This document shows, piece by piece, positions 46,414-56,505 of a stretch of 64,000 nucleotides of DNA. Location: positions 70,767 through 134,766 of the forward strand of contig RQSC01000008.1 in the NCBI GenBank assembly GCA_013416795.1. The letters are read 5' to 3'. The notes beneath the pieces were generated by a model that saw nothing but the letters and a program-made list of their open reading frames with translations, did not search any database and had not been told where the DNA came from. The DNA comes from Prasinococcaceae sp. CCMP 1430. Its lineage: Eukaryota; Plantae; Prasinodermophyta. Each line of letters begins with the position of its first letter. Position 1 is the first letter of the stretch. The position numbers and the translations under genes were made by a program.

Positions 46414-47000
46414 TGTCGTCCCTCCGTCCCAGGCCGCAGAAACGCCCCATCGCCACGCTTCACCGGAATGCAGATTCGCGTTCGAACTATCGTCACGTGG
46501 AAGGATGTGCATGCGAAATGACGTACTTTACGTACGGCCTGCGAATTCGCGCTCCCGCGGCGAATGGGTGGGGCGCAGCGCGGCTCACGCTCGCGTCAGA
46601 TCAAATCGAATCAACGTGTGAGCGAAGGGGCACGCGCGAAGGGGCGCGCTGATGTGGATTGGTTTTGGGGGCGTTTCCGGCAACGTGAGCACACTGGGCT
46701 GGCAGCGGCGGCGTGCGGGCCCACTGACGGCGGGGCCACTGCGGGCGGCGGGGGTGGGCACTGGGCAGCGGAATTGCAGCGGCGGTGCGCGCCACACCGC
46801 GCAGACAGCACGCCGCGGCCTCAGTCTCGCCTTGGCCAGCATCAGACCGCCGAGCGGCGCTCCGGCGCCATCCGAATCGCGCCCCGTCGCCCCTCCTCTG
46901 GCCGCGCGCCCGCGCAGCCGCGCGCACGTTCGCGCAGAAGCACTCCGCAGCGGCGGCCGACCTCGCAGCTGACGCGGCAGGCTCCGACACAACAAGGACG

Positions 47001-48248
47001 ATGGCCGCCGAGGTCGTGCGCGCCGTGGCGCCAGGCCCCGCGCCCGCCCCCGTTCCGGGCGCCCCCCCCGCCTCCTGCCGTACGGTGAAGCACGTTGGCT
47101 CCGACCTCGGCACGCAGACGCTCGAAGCAGTCAACAACAGCATCGACCAAGCCAACGCCACCGCCGAGGCCAAGGCGCCTCCTGACGGCGCCACCTGGCA
47201 GCCCACGCCGCTCGACCTGCCGCGTGTCGACATGACCGGCGTCCGCGGCGTCGCAGACGGGAACGAGCAAGACGCCCAGGCCGTCGCGGCCGCTGCCAAG
47301 GTCGTGGGCGAGGCCGCCCGCGGCATCGGCTTCTTCATTCTGGTGAACACGGGCATCGACGAGGAGCTGTTTACCGACTCGCTGCGCCTGACGCGCGAGA
47401 TCCACAGTGACAGCAACGTGCGCTTCCCGGTCGCCTTCGCGCCGCCCGAGTCCGACATCGGCTTACAGCGCAAGGGCGCGAGCTCGGCGGCGCGTGCAAT
47501 GAACCGGATCGATACGGGCGAGCCCAAGGTCGATCACATCCAGTCGCTGATGGTCGGCCCCGCCGACGAGGAGCGCTGCAAGCGTATGGCGCGCCACTCG
47601 ATGACCGGTGTGTGGCCGGAAGGCACGGAGGCCGCCCGCACGTTCCGCGAGAAGTCCATTGAGTTCATGCAAGAGCTCGAGGCGCTCAGTATGGACGCGC
47701 GTGCGCTGCTCGCGCTGAGTGCGGGCTTGGACCGCCGGACCTTCATCACGCCCGTCGAGGAGAACGCTGGTATGTTTAGGTACAACTTCTACCCGCCAAT
47801 GGACGAGGCGGACGATCCGTGCGCCGGCAAGCCCGGCTTCGCGCATCTTGGAGGTCACACCGACTTCGGCTCGTGCACCCTTCTGGTCGCCGACCGCCCG
47901 GGCCTGCAGATCGTCAAAGATGGCGAGTGGTGTGCGCCTCCCCTCGTCAAGGGGGGCGTGTACGTCAACTGCGGCGACCTGATGCGCATGTGGTCCAACG
48001 ATGCCTTTACGTCCGCCGTGCATCGCGTGCGCATGCCGACCGGGTCACATGACGGTCGCGCAAGCATCGCCTTCTTCTCGTCCGATTACATTAACCGCTC
48101 GCCCGAGTACAAAGAGCCACTGATCGTGCCGGTCCCAGAGCTGCTCGTCGAGGGCGCCACGTCCAAGTACAAGCCTGAGAAGTGGTCAGAGATTTTCCTA
48201 CGCCGCATAAGGCTCGTTCAAAAGAAGGCCAGCGGTGCAGCACGATGA
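47001..48248 (+). CDS. 2OG-Fe(II) dioxygenase, IPNS/DIOX family, paralog B (inverted duplicate of A)
   Basis: Colinear with paralog A; GGHTDFG, SAVHRV, RASIAFF. Confidence 0.92.
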   Translation: MAAEVVRAVAPGPAPAPVPGAPPASCRTVKHVGSDLGTQTLEAVNNSIDQANATAEAKAPPDGATWQPTPLDLPRVDMTGVRGVADGNEQDAQAVAAAAKVVGEAARGIGFFILVNTGIDEELFTDSLRLTREIHSDSNVRFPVAFAPPESDIGLQRKGASSAARAMNRIDTGEPKVDHIQSLMVGPADEERCKRMARHSMTGVWPEGTEAARTFREKSIEFMQELEALSMDARALLALSAGLDRRTFITPVEENAGMFRYNFYPPMDEADDPCAGKPGFAHLGGHTDFGSCTLLVADRPGLQIVKDGEWCAPPLVKGGVYVNCGDLMRMWSNDAFTSAVHRVRMPTGSHDGRASIAFFSSDYINRSPEYKEPLIVPVPELLVEGATSKYKPEKWSEIFLRRIRLVQKKASGAAR

Positions 48249-48711
48249 TGCCGGACGGCACCCCATCCCGGCCACGGCCTGCTGTCGACCACCCGACAAG
48301 AACGAAGCCTGAAGTGTGTGTCATGACTGTAGTGTATGCACAAATGTATGGAAGCAATAAATGGCGAGCGCGCACGTAACGCTCGACACTCTTCCAATAT
48401 CCTTTCTTCGGTTTTAAATGCGCCCTCCAATAAGAACCTTACGGCCGTCTGCGCGAGCGCGCTGCGATGAGATGACGATCGATGCGCCGCGCACAGCACC
48501 CAGCGCACGCCGACCTGTACATATACGAATGGTAGTGTGCTAGCAAGAGAGGGTGATGCCTACGAAGCTCGAGCTGGCCACCACGCACGATCCCGCCCCG
48601 GAGCCTCGTTCTCTGCGCGGCCGTCGCCTCTCTTGCGTGCAGGCCCTGTCGCTGCCTGAGAGCACGCGCCAGAGATCGGGGTGTCCTGACCTTCTGGCGA
48701 CGGAACGACGC

Positions 48712-49962
48712 CTAGCGCGACACGCACACCGGCGCCCCAGTCTCAAGCTCGACTTCCGCGTCGGTGGCGTTGGAAAGGAACGGCGGCAGCGCGGTGGTGG
48801 GAATGCAGAAGCCGTCCGCCTGATCCTCGAGTTTGAGAGTCGAGAGTTCCGTCATCGCGGTGAAGGCATTGTCGGGAACGCTGGTCATGTTCATGTCCGC
48901 CATATCGAGGAAAGTGAGCTGGGTGAGCTGCGATACCTGCGGGGGGAAGGGCATGATGTTGTCGCCGATCTGCAGCTTCTCGAGAGTGCCGAGCACGGGG
49001 GTGAAGAATGTGTCGGGGATGGACGTGAGTTGCGCATTGTCGATCTCGAGCTGCGTGAGGTTGGGCATGGGCTGCAGGAGGTCGGCCGGCAGCTCCGAGA
49101 AGGGGTTGATGTCCAGGCGCAGGTCGTCCATGAGCGGGATAGTCATGAAAGAGTCGGCGGGCCACGAGGGAATGTTGTTGTTGTTGAGGCTGAGGGTGGT
49201 GAGGTTGGGAGTGCCGGCCGTGATCTCCTTGAACCATGCCTCGATGTCGTTGTTGCTGAGCAGCAGGTTCGTGAGGCTCGAGAGCCCGCTGAATGCGGAG
49301 CCCGTGATGTTCACGATGTTGTTCTCGTTCAAGACCAGGTGTGTCAGGGTCGCCAGGTTCGAGAACGGTTCGGCGTCCAGCACAGGTCCGATCTCGTTAT
49401 CACTGAGATCCAGGTCCTGCGTGCATGCGGATCGTTGCGGTGCCACGGTGCGGGCGCGTGGTGGCAGAGTGGGGCGGGGCGCGGGGGCGGGCAACGGGGG
49501 GCGGTGTCGCGGTGTGCGCGGTGTGCGCGATGCGCAGCACGACCGATGAGATGTCGCACGCCGATATTCAGACAGGGCGGGGGCGCACCGAGTCAGTCAA
49601 CTGAGTTGACACGCGACATTGCAAGCCGCATTTGGGCGCGCTTCGAGACGCCTGCAGATACGCGCGCGCGTGTGGCGCGCGCTGGCCGCGCGCACCTCGA
49701 TCACGGTGAGCCCATCGAAGACGCCCTCCGTGAGCGTGACGATGCCGAGCTCCGAGAGGTCGAGCTCAGTGCAGACGCACTGCGCCTCGTCCATCGGCTC
49801 GACCGTGAGCACGCCGGCGGCGTCGACCATGAACGTACATGCGCCGCACGTGACTGCGGAGCTCGCCGGCCCGGGCCCCGGCGCCTCCTGGGCGTGCGCG
49901 AGGGAGGCCGCGCCCGCCGCGGCCACAGCGGCCACCAGGGCGCGCATCGTGGGCGGCGCCAT
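48712..49962 (-). CDS. Secreted leucine-rich-repeat protein, 2 exons
   Basis: Signal peptide MAPPTMRALVAAVAAAGAASLAHAQ; Cys-rich N-cap; about 9-10 LxxLxLxxN repeats; several N-glycosylation sequons; no TM segment. Intron 49417-49695 keeps frame. Confidence 0.85.
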
Positions 49963-51201
49963 CGCGAGCGCGGGCGAGTGCCTTTGCGGGCTGCGTGTGT
50001 GCGCGGGGGGGGGCGATGGGAACGGCGGCAGGCTCGCGTTCGTCAGCACCGCTTCGCCCGCGACCAAAGCGGCCGCCCGGAATTCAGCGTTAACAGCCCT
50101 CGCGCACCCCGCGCGCGCAGACGCGGAATTCACGCTGCCGGCCGCCGCGCCTCGGCCGCGGCGGGGACGCTCGCGAAGGGGGTCGAGGGGAGGGAGCGGG
50201 GATGGGAGGGAATTGCCCACTGACGCACCTTGGACGGAGGGCCGAGAGCGGCTGGGTGCGCGTCTCGGGCCGGGGGCGGGCTGGGCGTCGGGCGCGCTCG
50301 GTGTGGCGCTCCGATCGGCGCGCGCGCGCGCGCGCGGCGCCGCCGAGGCATTGCCGAGAATTTTCCGGAGGCCGCCGCGCCGAAATGCCGGCGCCGCCGC
50401 GCGGCGAGGCAAACCCGTCCGATGGCGCCCGCCCCGTAAACTTTCCGGAACGCGCGCGCGCGCGCGCGCCCCGCGACATTTCGTTGCCGCGTTTCGCCGC
50501 TTCGATAACAATTCCGCGTTGTTTCTCGCGTGCTGGGATCCGCTCCCCCCATCCACAATCGCACGCGATGCTTGTCAGTTCGGACGTTTTTTTTATGAAT
50601 GGGATCGTTTGCGGGGTCGTGGGCGCGTTTGCGCGCGCCGCGCGATCGATCCGCATCCGATCCGGCGCCGAAAAAAACGCGCGCGCGCGCCGCCCCGGCG
50701 AACCAGGCGTTCGACCCGCGATCGAGGTCCGCGGAGGGGGTTGGTCGGGACGGCGAGTGGCAATTCAGACCGGGCGGCGGCGAGTGTCAACCGGGAGTCA
50801 AAGCCCATCCTGCGCCGCCGGCGCGAGTTGACATCCAATTGGCGGCATGATGAGGGCAGCATTCGCGGAACGCCTCATTTCACGACCGTCGTTCTGCGCT
50901 TTCCAACGGGAAGTCATGGCAGTGACACTCGGCAACGGCATCATTCGCGTGTGTTAAGTGCGTTCAATGTAGTGAATGGCATGGTGTGAATGTCCGAAGC
51001 GTCGGCACCGAGAGCCGAGCGCGCGCTCCCACGCCAGCCGACGAGCGCGACGATACAGGTGGCACGCCGCGTGGAACCCGCGAGGCCGAGACTGTGGCCC
51101 GAGAGCGGCAGCGCCGCCTGCCCCGTTTTGCGGCGTCGCTCGCGAGCTCGCGAGCTCTGCTCGGCAGCCACCCACGTGCTCGCTCGCTCGCGTGTGTGTG
51201 C

Positions 51202-51202
<1 letters not shown>

Positions 51203-51254
<52 letters not shown>

Positions 51255-51262
51255 TGACTGTG

Positions 51263-51320
<58 letters not shown>
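51203..51320. repeat. Inverted microsatellite pair: (AC)25, 12-nt spacer, (TG)28
   Basis: AC run 51203-51252, spacer TGTGACTGTGCA, TG run 51265-51320, then degenerate TG repeats. Confidence 0.93.
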
Positions 51321-51332
<12 letters not shown>

Positions 51333-51875
51333 CATGTGTGTGTGTGCGAGTGTGTGTGTGCGAGTGTGTGTGGGGGGGGGGGGGCGGGCGGGCGTGTGTG
51401 TACGTTTGTGTGCGTGTGCGTTTGCGTTTGCATGCGCGCACGTGCCTGAGCGTGCGTGCGAGCCTGGATGTGTTGCGTGCGCTTTGGCGTAAGGTTTGGG
51501 TCGCATGAGCTTCTGAGCGCGAGCCAATTATGAGGGTGAATGGTAGGGTCGATATGTGGGCGCGTGGTGACCGCCAGCGTCTGCCAGCGCGCGTGCGCAG
51601 GATGCCGGGCGTCGCGCGAGGGGGTGGCGGCAGGGGGGAGAGGGTGCGCGAGAGCGCGCACCGGCCGCGCCGGGTGTCGGTGGACTGCGTGCGGGTGGTG
51701 CGGGGCCCGTCGTGCTCGCCCAGGCGCCGCAGTCCCGCGCGCCAGGGCCGGCGCGTGGAGAGGCAGCCAGCGGCGGCAGCGAGCGTTGCCTCGGCAGCGC
51801 AATGAAGTCACATCTTTTTTAAAGTAAGGAGGCGTCGCCTGCCCCGCACGCGAGCAGCGCCGGCATAGCTAACGC

Positions 51876-51920
51876 CTGCGCTGCGCTGCGCTGCGCTGCG
51901 CTGCGCTGCGCTGCGCTGCG
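51876..51920. repeat. (CTGCG)9 pentanucleotide repeat
   Basis: Directly visible. Confidence 0.93.
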
Positions 51921-52107
51921 CGCACGGCAGCCGGCAGCGCGTGCGAGGCCCGTCGCCTCCTGCCTGAATTGTCACCCATGGTCGGCGCCAGCGCGTAGTC
52001 TGTCGCGCGCGCCAACTGAGCTGTCGGTCGGCATCTGTGGGCCTCTCTCCCGACCGACACGTGCACCGCCTGCCAGGTGCAGGCGGTCTCGCCGCGGCCC
52101 GCAGCTC

Positions 52108-53660
52108 TCAGATCATCTCGAAATCGAGACTGCTGGCATGACTGGAGATGAGCTCCCATGCGGAACCCTCAGAGGAGAGGCTCACGATGGAGGGCTCCCG
52201 CGAGTGCCTCTTTGTCGCTCCTGCAGACGTATCCGCGCTCTCCGTGTCCGTCTCAGTCGTGTCCGCGCCAAAGCCCGCATCGCGACGCGCGGTGAGCAAG
52301 TCGACGGACTCGAGATCCGAAGACGCGGCGTCACTGCGGTCGCCGTCGCTCCCGCACTCGATCTCCCCACCGCCGACGCCGAAGGGGCGTGGCGGCCCGT
52401 ACGGCTGAAAGATGGTTTCCATAATGAAAGCGTTCCTCGGCGTCGAGCCACTACCTGCAGCCGCCTGGGAGCTGCCTGCAGCGTCCGCCTCGTCGCCACA
52501 CTCGCGGGCGCTCGCTGGCGCGGCGCCAGCGCACGCATGGGTGTCCTCTCCATGCGCTTCGCCATCATCCTCGCCTTCGGCGTCACCCGACACGAGCCTC
52601 GCCGCCGAGAACCCGGCGAGCTGCTCGAGCGCTATGACTAGGCTCGCGCCACCCCAGCCATCCTCTTCCTCCTCGTTGCCACGAGCGTCGCTGTCACGAT
52701 CGGGCAGGTCGTCAACGCTCGCCGCGCCCCCGTCGGCAGGGTGGTCGGAACCAGCGCCAGCATGGCCGCACGCGCGCATGGCCGCGTCTAGGCTGCGCCG
52801 GCTTGTGGGCGGAGTCGGGCGCCGCGGTACGCGCGCCTCACTGGGACAAGGTCTGACGCTGCGCGCTCGTGCAACCTCGTCGTGGTCCCCCTCCCTCTCG
52901 CCCTCGTCGTCGGCGTCGACGTCGTCGGGCTCGCAAGGCACCGCATCGGCGGCCGCGACGTGGTCGATGCGGCGCTGCTGCACCTGCGGTAGCGCGAGCG
53001 CCGGCCCCACGACCGCAGCCGCCGCGGCGGGCACGGGGTCACTGACGAGCTCGTCTGCAATCTCCCCAAGGAAGGACACGGCGCCGTCGATGCCGTGCGT
53101 CGTGGTGCGCACGAGCTCGGAGGCCATGTGCGCGACGCTCGCGCCCATGACGGCCGCCCATCCGCCACCGGAGCACGGCGAGGCCGGCGCCGACAGAGAC
53201 TCCGGCACAGCTCCCGTCGGACGCCTCGGACGCGGGTGCGAGGCCGGGGCTTCGAGGCTCGCTGCGGTGGGCGCGCGAGCGGGGAGTGGGTGCGCAGCAG
53301 CGCGCGTCAGCACGCAGTGCCGTCGCCCCAGCACGTGCACGCGCACCGCACGCCGACATTCTCCGCGTCCGCACGCACCTGAGCGCAGCGGCGCCTCGGT
53401 GGGCATAAGCGCGCGCTTGGCGGCCTCCTCGGCCTTGGCCGAGGCAGCAGCCTCGGCCTCGACGGCGGCAGCGCTCGCTCGCGCGCTCTCTTCAGCCTCC
53501 AGGTCGTCGAATATCGAGCCCAGCGCGTTCACCACGTCGATGAGCGACTCGAGCGCGCCGCCGCTGCGGTCCTCGCCGCCGCGCGCGCTGCCGCTGGGCG
53601 AGCGCGCCGCCTTGCCCTCGGCCCTCTTGAGCCCGTCCACGCACGTGGTGGCGGCGAGCG
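52108..53660 (-). CDS. Hypothetical acidic, Ser-rich, probably disordered protein ending in AIM/LIR-like motifs; 5' exon unresolved near the N at 53798
   Basis: Open frame with a probable in-frame intron near 53270-53380. C-terminus SLSSEGSAWELISSHASSLDFEMI*. Confidence 0.6.
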
Positions 53661-53970
53661 CTGCGCACAATCGCCGGGCGGGTGGCCGTGTGAGCGCACG
53701 TGCCGGATGTTTCGCACGTGTGCGTGGCACTCGCGCCCACGTACTGCCTAGGGAGGTCTAGAGGGTGCTCCACAAATGTGGTAGCGGCGGGCGAGCGNGT
53801 AAGCGGCTGGTGCGTGTCGCATCGGTTCAACGCCCACTCGGACGCCCCCCACCCCGCCGCGGCCGCAGCGCGCGGCGCCGCCACCGCCACTCTGGCGCCG
53901 CGTGGCGCCGCGCGCGCTTTTTTAAAACAGGGTCCTCAATGTACCTCAAGAAACGCTGAAATGCGGGCGT

Positions 53971-54216
53971 AAAACGGTTAAGGTTCCACCTAAACCGCAA
54001 ATGAGCGCGGATAAGCGCGCGCGCGCGCGCAGCGGCGCAGAGGGGGGGGAAAGCCCCTCATTTAGGGTATGATACGAACCGTAACCTTTCACCTTCAAAG
54101 GTAATTGGTTTTGAGGTACACACAAACCCTTTTGGGCGTTCGAGGACGCTGCCCCTCCCCGCGGGAAAAGACGAGCGCGCCGCTCATTTACGGTATTGAC
54201 AGAACCCAAACCTTTT
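53971..54216. promoter_or_regulatory. Three copies (one inverted, two direct) of a ~35-bp AT-rich motif in the divergent region upstream of PRMT3
   Basis: Reverse complement of 53971-54005 CTCATTTGCGGTTTAGGTGGAACCTTAACCGTTTT; 54057 CTCATTTAGGGTATGATACGAACCGTAACCTTT; 54183 CTCATTTACGGTATTGACAGAACCCAAACCTTTT. Confidence 0.6.
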
Positions 54217-54477
54217 CCATCCTTATTAAATGCTGAAATGAAATACATGTCAACCCTTTACCGCGGTGCTGCGCTGCACCACCCGAGGGTACATGAGCAC
54301 ACTCGCCAACCCGGTACGGGTGCATTTCGAGTAAGGGTTTTGTAAAATAGGGTTTAATTCTTGGCCCAGCTGCAGCTGGCAGCCGCCGGCGCGGCCGCGC
54401 CAGCCGCCGGCGCGGCCGGATGCCGACAGCCGCGGCGGCGTCGGCGCCCCCGCAGGCGAGGGCGAGGGCGCGTCGCG

Positions 54478-56316
54478 ATGGCGGCGCCGGTGGGTGAGGC
54501 GGCGTGCGGCGACGACTGGGACGAGTGGGGGGGCGACGAGGGCTTCGAGAGCGCCTCCGCGGCGCCGCTGCTCGGAGGGAAGCCCGAGCAAAGCGCGGCC
54601 GCCGCGCTCGCGGTCGACCGCGCGCGCGGGCTCGACCTGCGCGCTGAGCGCGCGCGGCTCGCGCTCGACGTGTACGGAACGGTGCGGCTGGTGAACTTCG
54701 TGCGGGCATGCGTGAGGGACGACCCGGACGGCGGCGCCGCGCGCGCGCTGGCGGCCGTGAGCGGAGCGGCGCCGGGTGGAACGTTCCCATGGGCGGGGGA
54801 CGAGTACCTGGCGCCGGTGCTCGAGGACGACGCGCTGCTCTTCGATCTGTACGGCGAGGACAGCGACGAGGAGGCTGAGGGCGAGGGGGCCGCGCTCCCC
54901 GATGAGAGCGTGCCCGCCGCGCTGCCGCCACAGCTCGACAGCGCAGCCTTCGAGGCGCGCCGCCGTGAGGAGCTGCTCGCCACAGCGCGCGCCGCGCCCG
55001 CGGAGCTCGCGCAGCTGGCCGCCGCACAGCTCACCATCGGCGGCGGCGCCTCCGGCTCAGCTGGCCCGGGCGCCGCGCCCGCGCTGCTCGCCGCTGGTGG
55101 GGGTGATGCGGACGACTCCGACTCCGACGATGGGGCCAAGGGCGAAGGGAAGGGCAAGGGGGGCGGCGCGCGTCGCCGCGATGCGGCCAAGCGCGCGGGC
55201 GCGCGCGAGAACGACGACGAGGCCGAGCGCGATAGCTCGTACTTCGACTCGTACTCTCACTTCGGCATCCATCGCACGATGCTGGGCGACTACGTGCGCA
55301 CGCGCGCATACGAGGAAGCGCTCACGCGCAACCCGTCGCTGATGCGAGGCGCCAAGGTGCTCGACGTGGGGTGCGGCACGGGTGTGCTCAGCTGCTTCGC
55401 CGCGCGCGGCGGCGCCGCGCGCGTCGTGGGCGTGGACGGCTCGGCGTTCATCGCAGAGCGCGCCGAAGGCGTCATCGCCGAGAACGGTCTCGCGGAGACC
55501 GTGGGCGTCGTGCGCGGACGCATCGAGGAACTGTCCGACGCCGCCGTGCTCGGCGTTGCAGACGGCGCCGAGGTGCGGGAGGAGGATAAGTTCGACGTGA
55601 TAGTGTCCGAGTGGATGGGCTACGGCCTGCTATTCGAATGCATGCTCGACAGTGTGATCGTGGCGCGCGACCGATGGCTGAAGCGCGGCGGCGCGGTGCT
55701 GCCTGACGTGGCGCGCATCCTGGTGGCCGGCGGAAGCGCGCTCGCTGCCGACCTGCCATTCTGGGATGAGGTCCACGGCCTGTCGATGGGCACCATCCGG
55801 CAAGAGCTGCGCAAGGCGGCGCTCAAGGAGGCGCTCGTGCGGCCGGTGGACGCCCAGGCCATCGTCACCGCGCCGCAGCTGGTGCGCTCGCTTGACCTCT
55901 CCACCATGTCGGTAGCGGACACCACCTTCACCTCGGACTTTCGGCTGAGCGCGTCGATGGGTGGCGGCGTGGCACCCGACGGCGCGGCTGCTGTGTCGGC
56001 CGTCGTGCTGTGGTTCGACACCGACTTTTCGGCGCGCTTCTGCGCCGACAAGAGCCTAGTCCTGTCGACCTCTCCGCTTGGCCCGCAGACGCACTGGGTG
56101 CAAACCGTGCTGGTGCTCGACGAGGACGTGCACCTCGCCGTGCCCGGGCGCGAGGTCGAGGCGCAGGGGGCCGCGCACCACCTCTGCGGCAAAATCTCCT
56201 TCAGCCCGGGGAAGGGCTCGCGCTGCAGGTCAATGGACATCGTGCTCGAGTGGTGGACCGAGGGCGGCGCTAGCGGCACGGGCTCGGAGCACAAGATCAG
56301 GATGTACCCGCTCTAA
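54478..56316 (+). CDS. PRMT3: Type I protein arginine N-methyltransferase, PRMT3-like
   Basis: DVYGTVRLVNFVR and DEYLAPVLEDDALLF (PRMT3 N-domain), YFDSYSHFGIHRTML, VLDVGCGTG, DVIVSEWMGY, THW loop (QTHWVQT). Confidence 0.9.
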   Translation: MAAPVGEAACGDDWDEWGGDEGFESASAAPLLGGKPEQSAAAALAVDRARGLDLRAERARLALDVYGTVRLVNFVRACVRDDPDGGAARALAAVSGAAPGGTFPWAGDEYLAPVLEDDALLFDLYGEDSDEEAEGEGAALPDESVPAALPPQLDSAAFEARRREELLATARAAPAELAQLAAAQLTIGGGASGSAGPGAAPALLAAGGGDADDSDSDDGAKGEGKGKGGGARRRDAAKRAGARENDDEAERDSSYFDSYSHFGIHRTMLGDYVRTRAYEEALTRNPSLMRGAKVLDVGCGTGVLSCFAARGGAARVVGVDGSAFIAERAEGVIAENGLAETVGVVRGRIEELSDAAVLGVADGAEVREEDKFDVIVSEWMGYGLLFECMLDSVIVARDRWLKRGGAVLPDVARILVAGGSALAADLPFWDEVHGLSMGTIRQELRKAALKEALVRPVDAQAIVTAPQLVRSLDLSTMSVADTTFTSDFRLSASMGGGVAPDGAAAVSAVVLWFDTDFSARFCADKSLVLSTSPLGPQTHWVQTVLVLDEDVHLAVPGREVEAQGAAHHLCGKISFSPGKGSRCRSMDIVLEWWTEGGASGTGSEHKIRMYPL

Positions 56317-56505
56317 GATGTCACCGAAAAAATAACAATAGCTCAGGGCACTTGGCCACTGAAAGACGCGCGCGCAGCAGCGCGCATGCATGTTTCGTCG
56401 CCGCCGCCGAGCGAGGAGAGCGCTCCCAGTCGCTTGCCTTGACGATCGTAGAGAGTATTGGATGAATGGATATGGTAGGTGCGCAGGTAGTCGCCGCATG
56501 AGGTG

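Noticed and set aside
44688-48248. Ethylene-forming enzyme or another specific IPNS-family assignment
   Set aside because: Only the generic HxD...H core matches. The EFE-specific insert and residues are absent, so the substrate cannot be assigned.
50846-50960. Possible C/D-box snoRNA (ATGATGA at about 50847)
   Set aside because: No CTGA box D or terminal stem was found at a suitable distance.
51876-51920. CRISPR-like array or other spaced repeats
   Set aside because: These are simple tandem microsatellites with no unique spacers. No cas genes are present and the DNA is eukaryotic.
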